Shown here one piece after another: positions 17,860-27,778 of a DNA stretch of 64,000 nucleotides (positions are counted from its first letter, which is position 1; each line of letters begins with the position of its first letter). The stretch is from Candidatus Omnitrophota bacterium. Lineage in GTDB: Bacteria; Omnitrophota; Gorgyraeia; Pluralincolimonadales; Pluralincolimonadaceae. The notes under the pieces are model-generated. The model was not told the origin of the DNA, searched no databases, and saw only the letters and a program-made list of their open reading frames with translations. The stretch is from NCBI GenBank assembly GCA_028716565.1, contig JAQUPL010000007.1, positions 10,819-74,818 on the forward strand, given 5' to 3'. The position numbers and the translations under genes were made by a program.

Positions 17860-18053
17860 CTAAGACTTTATGCCCAAATACTTTAGTCTGTTTCTATACC
17901 TTTTGACTGGCCTTGTCCTATCTTTCTCCCAATTAACAATAGTCATTTCATCTACTCCGAGTCTCTTTGCAAGGTCTACCTGCCTTAACCCCTTCTCGAG
18001 CCTACACTTGCGTATCTTTTCTCCGGATGTCTTGTCTGAATGACGAGAAACCC
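17860..18053 (-). pseudogene. XRE-type HTH reading frame without a canonical start codon (possible remnant or non-canonical start) at the island right end
   Basis: Minus-strand frame encodes IRKCRLEKGLRQVDLAKRLGVDEMTIVNWEKDRTRPV (HTH_XRE-like). The only ATG is within the HTH (MTIVNW). Confidence 0.3.
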
Positions 18054-18091
18054 TGAACCAAAGCTTGATAGGCTGTGTGTGGAATGAGTGG

Positions 18092-19156
18092 TCACGGGCA
18101 GGGGTTCATCGCGGCGACGAGCATGAATTTGGCCGGGTAACTGAAATTATACGCGGCCCTCGAAACGGTGATAGTCCCGCCTTCAAGCGGCTGGCGCAAA
18201 GCCTCCAAAGCATCGCGATGGAATTCCGGGAGTTCATCCAAAAATAGCACGCCGTTATGCGCGAGGCTTATCTCCCCGGGCTTTAAAACCTTGCCTCCCC
18301 CGACAAGGCCGGCATATGAGACCGTATGGTGCGGCATGCGGAACGGGCGCCGCGAGACCAGGAAGTTCCTGCTGTCGAGCAGCCCCGAGACGCTGTGGAT
18401 CTTTGTCGTCTCGAGCATCTCCCCGAAGGATAGCCCTGGCAATATAGTTACCAGCCGCTGGGCAAGCATCGTCTTGCCGGAGCCGGGCGGGCCGATCATA
18501 AGGACGTTGTGGCCGCCGGCAGCCGCTACCTCGAGGCCGCGCTTTACGTGCCATTGCCCTTTTACGTCGCTGAAATCGATATCAGAACCGCCGGACGACG
18601 GCTTCGGCACCCCGGCAAGATCGACTTTCAGCGGTTCGATCTTCGCGTTGCCCTTCAGGAAATTCACCACTTCGCCGAGGTCTCTCGCCGGAAAGACCGA
18701 GATCCCGCTGACGATGGCCGCCTCCCTGGCGTTCTCCGACGGCAGGATAAAATCATTCCCCCCGTTCTCCGAAATACATATCGCGATAGGCAGGGCGCCG
18801 TTTATCGGCCTCAGCCTGCCATCAAGCGATAACTCGCCGCAAAATACTTTTCCGTCCACATGGCCCTGCTCCAGGTCCCCGGCGGAGACGAGCAAGCCCA
18901 ACGCTATGGCCAGGTCAAAAGAAGCCCCTTCTTTCCGCAGATCCGCCGGCGCCAGGTTTATCGTTATCTTTTTCGGATGCAATTTAAAACCGGAATTTTT
19001 TATCGCCGAGATGACCCTGTCCCTGCTTTCCCTGACCGCGGTATCCGGGAGGCCGACTATCGTAAAACCCGGCAGGCCTCCACTGGTATCCACCTCAACA
19101 TCCACTTTTTTCGCTTCTATCCCCAACACTGTCCTGCTCTCTATTTTCGCAAGCAT
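18092..19156 (-). pseudogene. comM: comM N-terminal fragment (Lon-like N domain plus AAA+ Walker A GPPGSGKT), truncated after AAMNPCP by the island
   Basis: [48 protein letters not shown] ... [14 protein letters not shown] ... [11 protein letters not shown] then stop. The continuation (CGYFTD ...) is at 3051..3530. Confidence 0.85.
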
Positions 19157-19157
19157 T

Positions 19158-19526
19158 TTAGCTCCAGAATGCGTCCTTTATGATTTCAGTATCCTTTATA
19201 TTGCCCTTTTTGTCGAAGACCACCGAAACACAGTCAAATCTTGAATCATGGTCCGAAAGACCATATTTCATCTGAAAGGCGGCCGCGACCCGCCTAATAT
19301 GCTGTCTCTTGGTATGGTTTATCGTCTCGTACGGAAGCCCGTACCCGTCATCCGACCTGGAGCGGACCTCTATAAATACAAGCGTCCCCCGGTCCATCGC
19401 GATTATATCTATCTCCCCGAACCTGCAGCGGAACTTCCGCGCGATTATGCTGTAGCCTTTTAAGGCGAGGGACCTCGCCGCGTGCGTCTCGCCGAGGTCC
19501 CCCAGTTCCTTATTCCCCACTTCCAA
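19158..19526 (-). CDS. yraN: YraN-family (UPF0102) endonuclease
   Basis: [21 protein letters not shown] matches the YraN signature. Confidence 0.8.
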   Translation of the reverse strand: MEVGNKELGDLGETHAARSLALKGYSIIARKFRCRFGEIDIIAMDRGTLVFIEVRSRSDDGYGLPYETINHTKRQHIRRVAAAFQMKYGLSDHDSRFDCVSVVFDKKGNIKDTEIIKDAFWS

Positions 19527-19773
19527 AGGCTTCCATCACAACCTTATCGATCTCTTTCTTGGCTTCGTCATTTAACGGGTAGGCCGTAGGGTACCATTTG
19601 CCGTCGTTACCGGCCTGCTGGGGGCCGGATACGAATAATCCGTTCTTACCCTCAACCACCCTGAACCCCTTCACCAGAAACTCCTCGCCGATGGCGACGT
19701 CCGCGAACGCCTTGAGCGAGCCTTCTCCGTCGAACCTGTACAGCCTCTTTACGCTGAAATTGAGCATCTGCAT
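19510..19773 (-). CDS. spoVG: SpoVG-family protein
   Basis: AFADVAIGEEFLVKGFRVVEGKNGLFVSGP ... [19 protein letters not shown] is the SpoVG pattern. Confidence 0.8.
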   Translation of the reverse strand: MQMLNFSVKRLYRFDGEGSLKAFADVAIGEEFLVKGFRVVEGKNGLFVSGPQQAGNDGKWYPTAYPLNDEAKKEIDKVVMEAFGSGE

Positions 19774-19863
19774 GCCCTCCTTTCAGCTATATAGACGTAA
19801 GTTTTGGGTAAATTCTTTCAATTATTTTTGAAATATTTTCGGAAGGCGGAAAAAGAAGTTACG

Positions 19864-20892
19864 CTAGAACCTGCAATAAAGCCCCAGGGAGGTGATGGAG
19901 CCGGAGTATTTCTGGGTAGGGTTATTAGAGAGGTTTTGCCTGTATGAATAGCTGAGGCCTAAAGTCGCATTCTTGTAAATATCGTAAAAAACCGACGCGG
20001 ACGAGACCCAGGTCCTGTCTTTCTCCGCGTAAGTGGGATCTCCCGGGATAGTCCTGCCCGAATAATTCCTGAATTGCCTGTAATATGAAAAAGAGGCGCT
20101 CATCTTTCCGGTCAGGAGGTATACCATAGAGGAGCCTAACCTCAGGGATTCATAATCGTAATAATCGAGGAAACTGTCGTTGGAGTCGTTGTAGTAATAT
20201 TCGCCGAAGACCTTGAACATCGTCTTTTTCAAATAGACGCCCAGGTCGTAGTAGACGGTGTTCCTGCTGTCCTGCCTCTTATGGTCGGATATCATGCCCG
20301 AGGCGTCGAACGTCCTCATGTCGGAATAATGCCTGTAGAAATACTCATAATTGAACGAATGGAAAAAATTATTCGGCAGCTTCTGTTTCAGCACCAGCCC
20401 GACCTTGTCGCCGAGGTAATTGCCGTCGGCGTTCGCCTGGTATTCGACCAATTCGACGTCATTGTAGGCCGTAAGCGTCATGCCGCCCGGGAGTTTCCCG
20501 TCGAAACCGAATTTTAAGTCCACATCCGTAAGGTTGGCGTCGGTCTCCTTCCAGTAAGTTATGTTATGCGCCGATATCCCGCCGGTGACATCCCACCTGC
20601 CGCTTAACGGATATGAGACGCCGGCGTCGACGATGGCCTCTGAGAACGTGTCCTGGGCCCTGCGCGGGTCAAGGAAGACGTTATTATCGTATCCCTGGAT
20701 CGCCGCGGCCAGCAATTTCGTCCGGTATCTCTGCCCCTCTTTTACTGCCTCGACCTTCTTGTAGGCCTTCTCTTCCGACTTTCCGAGGTATTTTTCGGTC
20801 GTCTGCTCTTCCTTCATGTCAGCCGCATTTACAGGAAAAGGGAATATCAATACTAAAAACAGCGCGAAAAGAAACATTGATAACTTATTCAT
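19864..20892 (-). CDS. outer-membrane beta-barrel protein (putative; C-terminal F)
   Basis: Signal peptide from MNKLSMFLFALFLVLIFPFPVNA, alternating beta-strand pattern, terminal ...LYCRF. The ORF-track start at 20961 is likely too far upstream. Confidence 0.55.
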   Translation of the reverse strand: MNKLSMFLFALFLVLIFPFPVNAADMKEEQTTEKYLGKSEEKAYKKVEAVKEGQRYRTKLLAAAIQGYDNNVFLDPRRAQDTFSEAIVDAGVSYPLSGRWDVTGGISAHNITYWKETDANLTDVDLKFGFDGKLPGGMTLTAYNDVELVEYQANADGNYLGDKVGLVLKQKLPNNFFHSFNYEYFYRHYSDMRTFDASGMISDHKRQDSRNTVYYDLGVYLKKTMFKVFGEYYYNDSNDSFLDYYDYESLRLGSSMVYLLTGKMSASFSYYRQFRNYSGRTIPGDPTYAEKDRTWVSSASVFYDIYKNATLGLSYSYRQNLSNNPTQKYSGSITSLGLYCRF

Positions 20893-20920
20893 TATCTCCC
20901 TATGCGGCATTATGGATATG

Positions 20921-21757
20921 TTAATAATGCGGGCCTCCGACTTGACCGCCGCCGCCTCCAACCGTCCCCTCTTGCCGGATCCTGTCGTTTATTATCTTTT
21001 TATCTTCCGTTTCCCGGAGGTCCTGCTTAAAATCGTCCCGTTTTTCGGTCGCCGCTTCTAACGCCTGGATATCATTAAATTCGCCGGACCTGTCTATTTC
21101 TTTTTCGCCGCCGGGCTGCAGGCGGTCGTTCAGGTCGTCGCGCCATGAGTTCCAGTCCTGCTTGTCCCTATCCGCCAGCTCAATGAGTTCGCCGGGCGCC
21201 TGGAACCTGTCTATCATCACCTCCCACCCTTCCCTGACCAGGATCTCTTTTATTAATCTACCGTCCTGGTCGTAAGCCTGGACGAATATCTCATCCTCAA
21301 AGGCCTTGACGTTATCCCTTTTTTCGGAAGCGGAGACATCCCATCCGCTTCCCCTTGCCCCGGCGATGATGGTGGGTGTTTTTATCTCAAAGGAAGTCTC
21401 TTTATCAAGCTTTTTGACCAGCGAGCGTATCCTGCCCTGGGGCAATTCGATCTGTTTAAGCATCTTTCCGCGCAGGACAAGTGTCGAGCTCTCCTCAAGC
21501 CTGACCAGGTTCTTGTTCTCGCTATCAAAAGAGATCTCTATGGCCGCGCCCTTTCCTGTCTTGGCGGTATCGCCGGCGGCTAGAAGCATGTCTTTTTTCG
21601 CGGAGACCCATTCGGCCTTGCCGGCCCTCTGGACTTTAGCGTCGCCTTTGGCAAAGATCACCCTCGCTTCCCTTTCCAGCTCCTTGGCGCAAAGGGACAA
21701 GGGGCTAAAGAACAGGAAACTGAACAACAAAAAATATACCGGAAATTTAAGCCTCAT
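20921..21757 (-). CDS. FecR-domain secreted protein
   Basis: Signal peptide plus FecR-like region (VQRAGKAEWVSAKKDMLLAAGDTAKTGKGAAIEISF ... VLRGK). Confidence 0.55.
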   Translation of the reverse strand: MRLKFPVYFLLFSFLFFSPLSLCAKELEREARVIFAKGDAKVQRAGKAEWVSAKKDMLLAAGDTAKTGKGAAIEISFDSENKNLVRLEESSTLVLRGKMLKQIELPQGRIRSLVKKLDKETSFEIKTPTIIAGARGSGWDVSASEKRDNVKAFEDEIFVQAYDQDGRLIKEILVREGWEVMIDRFQAPGELIELADRDKQDWNSWRDDLNDRLQPGGEKEIDRSGEFNDIQALEAATEKRDDFKQDLRETEDKKIINDRIRQEGTVGGGGGQVGGPHY

Positions 21758-21775
21758 ATCCTTCCTCTTCTGTTA

Positions 21776-22435
21776 TTACTTCTTGGGACCGGACTTTGGC
21801 GGGACTTCCTTGCCTTTCATGAGAAGCTTCCAGGGATTCCGCTTCACTTCGTCGCTGAATTCCTTTAAGTTCTCGGAAGAGTCCTTGAGGTTTGCGGATG
21901 AATCCTTGAGGTTCATTATCGTAGCCCTAATATCGTCCTTATTTTCTACGAGGACGGTGTCGGCATCGCCCATAAGCTTCTGCAAATCCTGCACCGCGGA
22001 ATCCACTTTAGCTATGAGCTCTTCCATAACGAACGGGTCGATCCCTGTCAATGTCTTGCCTTTTTCGACGACTGGCGAACCTTTTTTCCCGCCGGTTATC
22101 TCGATGTATTTCTCCCCTATCAGCCCGGTCGTGCTTATCATTATCTTTGAATCTTCCCTGACTTTGGTACCGCCGTTGAGGGTGAGCTGGACAAGAACCT
22201 TCGTCTCGTCATTATCATAGATATGCGCGACCTTATTCACCTCTCCCACGTTTACGCCCGCAAGTTTTACCGGTGCCTTATCTTCAAGGCCGTTTACGTA
22301 ATTGAATATGACATTAAGGTCGTAGCCCCCGACAACCTTCTTCCCGCCGCCCATCATCGCGGAGATATACATAAACACTAATACCGCGGCCACGACGACT
22401 ATGCCTGTCTTTATCTCGTTATTGAATTTAGCCAT
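21776..22435 (-). CDS. mlaD: MlaD (MCE-domain) lipid-transport protein
   Basis: N-terminal TM plus MCE domain (VKLAGVNVGEVNKV ... ), downstream of mlaFE. Confidence 0.75.
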   Translation of the reverse strand: MAKFNNEIKTGIVVVAAVLVFMYISAMMGGGKKVVGGYDLNVIFNYVNGLEDKAPVKLAGVNVGEVNKVAHIYDNDETKVLVQLTLNGGTKVREDSKIMISTTGLIGEKYIEITGGKKGSPVVEKGKTLTGIDPFVMEELIAKVDSAVQDLQKLMGDADTVLVENKDDIRATIMNLKDSSANLKDSSENLKEFSDEVKRNPWKLLMKGKEVPPKSGPKK

Positions 22436-22447
22436 GTCATTGCTCCT

Positions 22448-23251
22448 TTATTTTGTCAACTCTTCGAGGTATCCTTCATCAGGCGCAAAGAACTGCATCG
22501 GGCCTTCTATGGTCCCGTTTATGAACTGCTGGATATATTCGTTCTTGGAATTCCTTATCTCGTCTTTCGTCCCGATCTGCAGGACCTTGCCTTTATACAG
22601 CATCACTATCCTGTCGGCTATCCTGAAGACGGAATTCATGTCATGGGTGACCACGACAGACGTGATAGATAACGCGCCGCCGAGGTCGACTATCAGCTTG
22701 TCGACGACCGCGGTAACGACCGGGTCGAGCCCGGCTGACGGCTCATCATAGAATATAATTTCAGGGTCTAATGCTATGGCGCGGGCGAGGCCGACACGCT
22801 TCCTCATGCCGCCGGAAAGCTGCGACGGCATAAGATGGCCGAAACCGCGAAGCCCTACCTGGTTCAATTTCATCTTTACCATTATCTTTATGATATGCTC
22901 GTCGAGTTTGGTATGCTCCCTGAGCGGGAGGGCAATGTTCTCCTCAACGGTAAGAGAATCGAACAGCGCGGCCGACTGGAAGAGCATGCCGAAACGCTTC
23001 TTCAGCCGGTCCATCTGGTTCTCCTTCAGGCGGGTTATATCCTCTCCGAAGAGGTGGATCTTCCCGGAGTCGGGCTTCAACTGCCCTATTATATGGCGCA
23101 GCAGGGTAGATTTGCCGCAGCCGGACCCTCCGACGATGACCAAAGTCTCACTTTTACAGACCTCGAGGCTTACGTCGTCCAGGACGCGGCGCCCGTCGAA
23201 CGCTTTCACGAGGTTCTCGATCTTTATGACTGTTTCCATCTTATCCGCCAT
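22448..23251 (-). CDS. mlaF: ABC transporter ATP-binding protein MlaF
   Basis: Walker A GGSGCGKST, signature LSGGMRKRVGLARA, Walker B IIFYDEPSAGLD. Confidence 0.85.
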   Translation of the reverse strand: MADKMETVIKIENLVKAFDGRRVLDDVSLEVCKSETLVIVGGSGCGKSTLLRHIIGQLKPDSGKIHLFGEDITRLKENQMDRLKKRFGMLFQSAALFDSLTVEENIALPLREHTKLDEHIIKIMVKMKLNQVGLRGFGHLMPSQLSGGMRKRVGLARAIALDPEIIFYDEPSAGLDPVVTAVVDKLIVDLGGALSITSVVVTHDMNSVFRIADRIVMLYKGKVLQIGTKDEIRNSKNEYIQQFINGTIEGPMQFFAPDEGYLEELTK

Positions 23252-23252
23252 T

Positions 23253-24047
23253 TTACACGTTCGCGAAATAGAATATACCGGTCAATATCGCGTCGGCCAG
23301 GATTATGAGTATAAAACTAATGACGACGCTCAGGGTGGTCGAGCGCCCGACACCCTCGGCGCCGCCTTTAGTATTAAGGCCCTGGTAGCACCCGATTATC
23401 GATATTATTATGGCGAAGACGACGCTCTTTAAAAGGCCGGTCATCACATCCTTCGCCACGAGGAATTCAAAATTTGTCTTTATATAAAGGCCCGGGCTTA
23501 TCTTGAGGTTATAGACGCCGACCAGATACCCTCCGAACATCCCTACCAGGTCGCCCATTATCGTAAGGGCGGGAAGCATGACGAGGAGGGCTAAAAATCT
23601 CGGCACGACCAAAAACCTTACCGGGTTGAGGGCCATCGTCTCCAGCGCCTCTATCTGCTCGGTCACTTTCATGGTACCTAGTTCCGCCGCTATCGCGGAA
23701 CCAACTCTCCCTGCAACCACGAGCGCTATCAGCACCGGCCCCATCTCACGGCACATGGAGACGCTGATAAGGGCCGCCACGAACCTCACCGCGCCGAGCT
23801 TATCCAACTGGTACGCGCCCTGCATCGCGAGGACTATTCCTATGAACAACGTGACAAAAAATACTATCAGGATGGACTGAACGCCGACGAAGACCATCTG
23901 TTGGAAGATGTACCGCCTCCCGATAAATTTGCCTATAAAAGGCGCGAATAACAGCCAGTAGAGGGTGTTAAAAAATAACGCGAACACGTCCCATATGGCC
24001 GTACCCGCGCTCAGGGTAGCCCTGCCTATAGCTTGCAATATGTTCAT
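23253..24047 (-). CDS. mlaE: ABC transporter permease MlaE
   Basis: Typical MlaE/TTG2 permease (264 aa, multi-TM), in an operon with mlaF and mlaD. Confidence 0.85.
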   Translation of the reverse strand: MNILQAIGRATLSAGTAIWDVFALFFNTLYWLLFAPFIGKFIGRRYIFQQMVFVGVQSILIVFFVTLFIGIVLAMQGAYQLDKLGAVRFVAALISVSMCREMGPVLIALVVAGRVGSAIAAELGTMKVTEQIEALETMALNPVRFLVVPRFLALLVMLPALTIMGDLVGMFGGYLVGVYNLKISPGLYIKTNFEFLVAKDVMTGLLKSVVFAIIISIIGCYQGLNTKGGAEGVGRSTTLSVVISFILIILADAILTGIFYFANV

Positions 24048-24063
24048 ATAGCCTTCATCCTCT

Positions 24064-24396
24064 TTAAGCGGACTTTAAGGCATCCTCTTCTGTGGCGTAT
24101 ATCTCGAAAAGTTTCTCTAATTTGGTTATTTCAAACAAGCTCTTCACCTTAGGAGTGAGGCTGGCGAGCTTAAGCTTGCCGCCTATGCTCTTTATCTTCT
24201 GGTGCGCCTCGACGAGCGTTGCCAGTCCGGACGAGTCGACATAAGCCACTCCGGCGAGGTTTATGACGGCTTTCTGCGCCTTCGAATCCAGGACCTTAAT
24301 AAAGGCCTTCCTGAAATCCGGGGATGAGCTGAAATTTATCTCGCCCTCTACTTCCAGCACGACCGCGTCTCCGACCTTCCTATCTTTTACTACCAT
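24064..24396 (-). CDS. STAS-domain anti-sigma-factor antagonist (RsbV/MlaB-like)
   Basis: 110 aa; STAS pattern (AVVLEVEGEINFSSSPDFRKAF ... VDSSGLATLVEA). Confidence 0.7.
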   Translation of the reverse strand: MVVKDRKVGDAVVLEVEGEINFSSSPDFRKAFIKVLDSKAQKAVINLAGVAYVDSSGLATLVEAHQKIKSIGGKLKLASLTPKVKSLFEITKLEKLFEIYATEEDALKSA

Positions 24397-24808
24397 GGGC
24401 TTTACCTCCGCTTATAAATTTTATCATTTTTATCTCGTTTCCGCTATCATTATATCTGACCTCGTCCATGAGGTTATTTATCAAAAAAATGCCGCGGCCG
24501 CCGTGCTTGAGTATATTCGCGTCGGAGCGAGGGTCAGGCGTGGCCTTGTAATCGAAACCCGCGCCCTGGTCGCGGACGGTTATCTCGATCTTCCCCCCGG
24601 AAAACGCGTAGCTGATAACGACCGGCAGCCTGTCGTCGAGCTTGTTGCCGTATTTTATGGCGTTTATGACCGCCTCTTCCAGGCAAAGCCTTATGTCGAA
24701 GAGCGTCTCCTTGTCCAGCTTGAGTTCCCTGAGCGCGCGGAGCAGTTTGGCTGAAGCGCGTTTTATATACTTAGGATCACTCGGTATCTCGAAGACGAGA
24801 TCTTTCAT
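24380..24808 (-). CDS. anti-sigma regulatory factor serine kinase (RsbW-like HATPase_c)
   Basis: [12 protein letters not shown] ... DQGAGFD ... [15 protein letters not shown]. Confidence 0.7.
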   Translation of the reverse strand: MKDLVFEIPSDPKYIKRASAKLLRALRELKLDKETLFDIRLCLEEAVINAIKYGNKLDDRLPVVISYAFSGGKIEITVRDQGAGFDYKATPDPRSDANILKHGGRGIFLINNLMDEVRYNDSGNEIKMIKFISGGKAHGSKR

Positions 24809-25764
24809 TCCGTTGAGAACGCTCCTATCTTCCTGTATTTTTCGTATCTGGCTTCTATGAGAACAGCCGGCGCCAGGGCCGAAAGGTCTTTAAGATATCT
24901 TTTTATGGCTTCTTTTATCGCGGCCGCTGTCATGGCCGGGTCGCGGTGGGCGCCGCCCAGAGGTTCGTGCACTATTTCATCGATAAGCCCGAGCCCCAAA
25001 AGGTCCTGCGCGGTCAATTTTAGGGCCTTCGCCGCGTCCGGGGCCCTTGCCCTGTCCTTCCAGAGTATTGCGGCACAGCCTTCGGGCGAGATCACGGAAT
25101 AATACGCGTTCTCAAGGACGCATATCCTGTCACCTACACCTATTCCCAACGCGCCGCCTGAACCGCCCTCGCCGATGATGAAACAGATGATCGGCACCTT
25201 TATGCGCGCCATCTCCATGAGGTTCAACGCTATCGCCTCGGCTTGTCCCCTCTCTTCCGCGCCGATGCCGGGATAAGCGCCGGGCGTATCTATGAAGATT
25301 ATCACAGGCAGCTTGAACTTCTCACCCATCTTCATCACCCTCATAGCCTTCCTGTACCCTTCCGGATGCGCGGAACCGAAGTTCCTCATTAGGTTCTCTT
25401 TGGTATCGCGGCCCTTCTGGTGGCCCATGACGATGGCCTTCTGTCCGTCTATCTTCGCAAAGCCGCATATAAGGGCCTTATCATCGCCGAAGACCCTGTC
25501 CCCGTGTATCTCGGAAAAATCGGTCATGATAAGCCCTACGTAATCTAAAGTATAAGGCCTTTTGGGATGGCGGGCGATCTGGACCCTCTGCCAGGGAGTG
25601 AGCCCTTCGAAGACCTCTTTTTTTACCTTGTCGAGCTTGTCCTCGAGTTTCTTTATCTCCGTGGAGAGGTCTATGTTCTCCGAGGAAGTGAATTTCTTGA
25701 GCTCTTCGATCTTGCGTTCGAGCTCAAGTATGGGTTTTTCGAAATCCAGGCCGATTCCGTTCAT
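24805..25764 (-). CDS. accA: acetyl-CoA carboxylase carboxyltransferase alpha subunit
   Basis: Full-length AccA pattern ([17 protein letters not shown] ... [25 protein letters not shown]). Confidence 0.9.
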   Translation of the reverse strand: MNGIGLDFEKPILELERKIEELKKFTSSENIDLSTEIKKLEDKLDKVKKEVFEGLTPWQRVQIARHPKRPYTLDYVGLIMTDFSEIHGDRVFGDDKALICGFAKIDGQKAIVMGHQKGRDTKENLMRNFGSAHPEGYRKAMRVMKMGEKFKLPVIIFIDTPGAYPGIGAEERGQAEAIALNLMEMARIKVPIICFIIGEGGSGGALGIGVGDRICVLENAYYSVISPEGCAAILWKDRARAPDAAKALKLTAQDLLGLGLIDEIVHEPLGGAHRDPAMTAAAIKEAIKRYLKDLSALAPAVLIEARYEKYRKIGAFSTE

Positions 25765-25773
25765 ATGGGCTCT

Positions 25774-26676
25774 TTAGTCGACTATCGTGACTTCTGTGCC
25801 TTCCGGCAATATACCGTAAAGTTCCTCGACTTCGCTGTTAAGCATCCTTACGCAGCCGGCCGTCACCTGTTTTCCGAGGGAGGACGGATCGGTCGTGCCG
25901 TGAATACCGTATCCTTCCTTGGAAATGCCCATCCAGCGCGTCCCCAGTATATTCTCCGGGCTTCCCGGAGGGACGGCCGCGCCCGTCTTATACCAGACCG
26001 GGTCGACCAGTTTCGTCGTTATCTTGAAAGTGCCTACGGGCGTGCAGTTATTCAGGCCGGTGGCGACCTTGTAGGTCTTCATCACGTTATCGTTCTGCTT
26101 GAGCATGAGTATATTCTGCGATTTATCGACTACTACGCTGAACCTCGAGGTCACGACCTTCAGCCTCTGCCCCTGCCTTATGTTATCGCCGGTAAGGTTA
26201 TTGGACTTTCTGATAAGGTCGACGGTCGTACCGAAGACCCTCGCTATCTTGACCAGCGTATCGCCGGCCTGGACGGTATATTCCTTGCTGTCGCTGTCCA
26301 CGATCGGAGAGAAGAGTATCTTCATGCTGAGCTCTTCCGCCTTCGGCTTCGCGGTATTCACTATTCCCGGGTCTGGATATGACTCGTATGCCTTCCTGTA
26401 GGAGTCCCTCGCCTCGGAGAGCTTGCCTTGTTTCTCGTAGAGCGCAGCGAGCGAGATGAGCGCATCCCCGGACTTCTTGCTGTCGGGGTATGCGGCGATG
26501 ACCTTTTCGAGCTCCTTTATGGCCTCTTCGGACCTGCCTTCCTTATCAAGCGCCCGCGCCCCGCTTATCAGGGCCCCTTCCTTGGAGCCGAGCTGCATCT
26601 TCGGCAGGAATATCACTAACAGTCCTATTATGGCTACCGTGATAACTACCGCGGGCAAAAAAGCTTTGATCTTCAT
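25774..26676 (-). CDS. L,D-transpeptidase (YkuD) with LysM domain and N-terminal TPR-like region
   Basis: LysM YTVQAGDTLVKIARVFG; YkuD catalytic GYGIHGT ... AGCVRM. Confidence 0.8.
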   Translation of the reverse strand: MKIKAFLPAVVITVAIIGLLVIFLPKMQLGSKEGALISGARALDKEGRSEEAIKELEKVIAAYPDSKKSGDALISLAALYEKQGKLSEARDSYRKAYESYPDPGIVNTAKPKAEELSMKILFSPIVDSDSKEYTVQAGDTLVKIARVFGTTVDLIRKSNNLTGDNIRQGQRLKVVTSRFSVVVDKSQNILMLKQNDNVMKTYKVATGLNNCTPVGTFKITTKLVDPVWYKTGAAVPPGSPENILGTRWMGISKEGYGIHGTTDPSSLGKQVTAGCVRMLNSEVEELYGILPEGTEVTIVD

Positions 26677-26695
26677 GTTACAGCGTCTCCCCTTT

Positions 26696-27145
26696 CTACA
26701 GCATTATGATTGCGGCGATCACTATCCCTATCAACGAACCTACAAATACTTCAAAAGGCGTGTGCCCGATGAGTTCCTTGAGCCTGCTTTCCTGTATCTT
26801 ACGGCGCCAGTAGATGTCATCCATAATCTTGTTGAGGATCTCGGCCTGCTGGCCTGTGGCGCGCCTGACACCCTGCGCGTCGAAGGCTATGACAACGGCG
26901 AAGACCAGAGTGGCGACAAAAAGCGCCGAATCGAATCCCTGCTGGATGCCGACGGCGGTAGCCAGGGCCATCACTCCCGAAGAGTGGGCGCTGGGCATTC
27001 CGCCGGTGCTCACCACCCAGCGGAAGTTAAATTTCTTCTCCCTGATGCTGTTTATGACTATCTTTATGGTTTGGGCGGTCACCCAGCCAAGGAGCGTGGC
27101 CAAAAAAACCTTGTTCTGGAAGACCAGGAAGACTGAGTTATTCAT
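26696..27145 (-). CDS. divergent PAP2-family membrane protein (YuiD-like)
   Basis: STGGMPSAHSSGVMALATAVG ... FDAQGVRRATGQQAEILNKI ... LKELIGHTPFEV closely parallels B. subtilis YuiD. Confidence 0.65.
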   Translation of the reverse strand: MNNSVFLVFQNKVFLATLLGWVTAQTIKIVINSIREKKFNFRWVVSTGGMPSAHSSGVMALATAVGIQQGFDSALFVATLVFAVVIAFDAQGVRRATGQQAEILNKIMDDIYWRRKIQESRLKELIGHTPFEVFVGSLIGIVIAAIIML

Positions 27146-27193
27146 ATTTGGTATGTATTATACTATATTTTTGCCGGGCTTGATAATAAAAAA

Positions 27194-27751
27194 TCACGAT
27201 TTCATCAGGGAGAGCGCCTCGGAGCGCGTCTTTTCGTTGGAGCGGAATACGCCCCTGACCGCGCTCGTGACGGTCGATATCCCGGGTTTCTTCAGGCCCC
27301 TCATCGACATGCAGAGGTGTTCCGCCTCTATCACGACCATGCATCCGCGCGGCTTGAGCTCGTGCATTATCACCTCGGCGATCTGGGTCGTAAGCCTCTC
27401 CTGCACCTGCGGCCTCTTGGCGAGTATATCGATCGCCCTTCCCAGCTTGCTTAATCCGGTCACCCTGCCCTCTTTGGGGATATAGGCGATATGGGCCCTC
27501 CCCAGGAACGGCAGCAAATGGTGTTCGCACACGGAATAAAGAGGAATATTCTTAAGGAGGATTATCTCCTCGTGTTTCTGGTCGAGGACGACCTCGAGTT
27601 CCCTGGCCGGGTCCTGCCTTATTCCGGCGAATATCTCCTCATACATCTCCGCGACCCTGCGCGGGGTCTCCTGCAAATCCTTGCGTTTAGGGTTTTCGCC
27701 GACAGCCTCGAGTATCATAGTCACGGCCTTCATTATCTTCTTCTTGTCCAT
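27194..27751 (-). CDS. folE: GTP cyclohydrolase I
   Basis: [21 protein letters not shown] active-site region. Confidence 0.9.
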   Translation of the reverse strand: MDKKKIMKAVTMILEAVGENPKRKDLQETPRRVAEMYEEIFAGIRQDPARELEVVLDQKHEEIILLKNIPLYSVCEHHLLPFLGRAHIAYIPKEGRVTGLSKLGRAIDILAKRPQVQERLTTQIAEVIMHELKPRGCMVVIEAEHLCMSMRGLKKPGISTVTSAVRGVFRSNEKTRSEALSLMKS

Positions 27752-27778
27752 GTCGTTTCCCGGCCTTTCCTTTCTGTC

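Larger units (their letters stand above)
3531..18092. mobile_element. about 14.6 kb integrative island (serine-recombinase type) inserted in comM; AT-rich cargo
   Basis: comM is split into 3051..3530 and 18092..19156. CACGGGCA is present at both junctions (3523..3530, 18093..18100). There are imperfect terminal inverted repeats CCACACACAAGCC (3547..3559) and GGCTGTGTGTGG (18071..18082). The large serine recombinase gene abuts the left end. Composition is markedly AT-rich versus the flanks. Confidence 0.75.

Noticed and set aside
18168-19244. 358-aa plus-strand ORF (and other 100 to 480 aa antisense ORFs, for example 25567..26382, 53451..54908, 39477..40244, 40455..41183)
   Set aside because: These lie antisense to well-conserved genes (comM, accA/Ldt, the LeuA-like synthase, nrdJ). 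They have Arg/Pro/Ser-rich low-complexity translations typical of GC-rich shadow frames.
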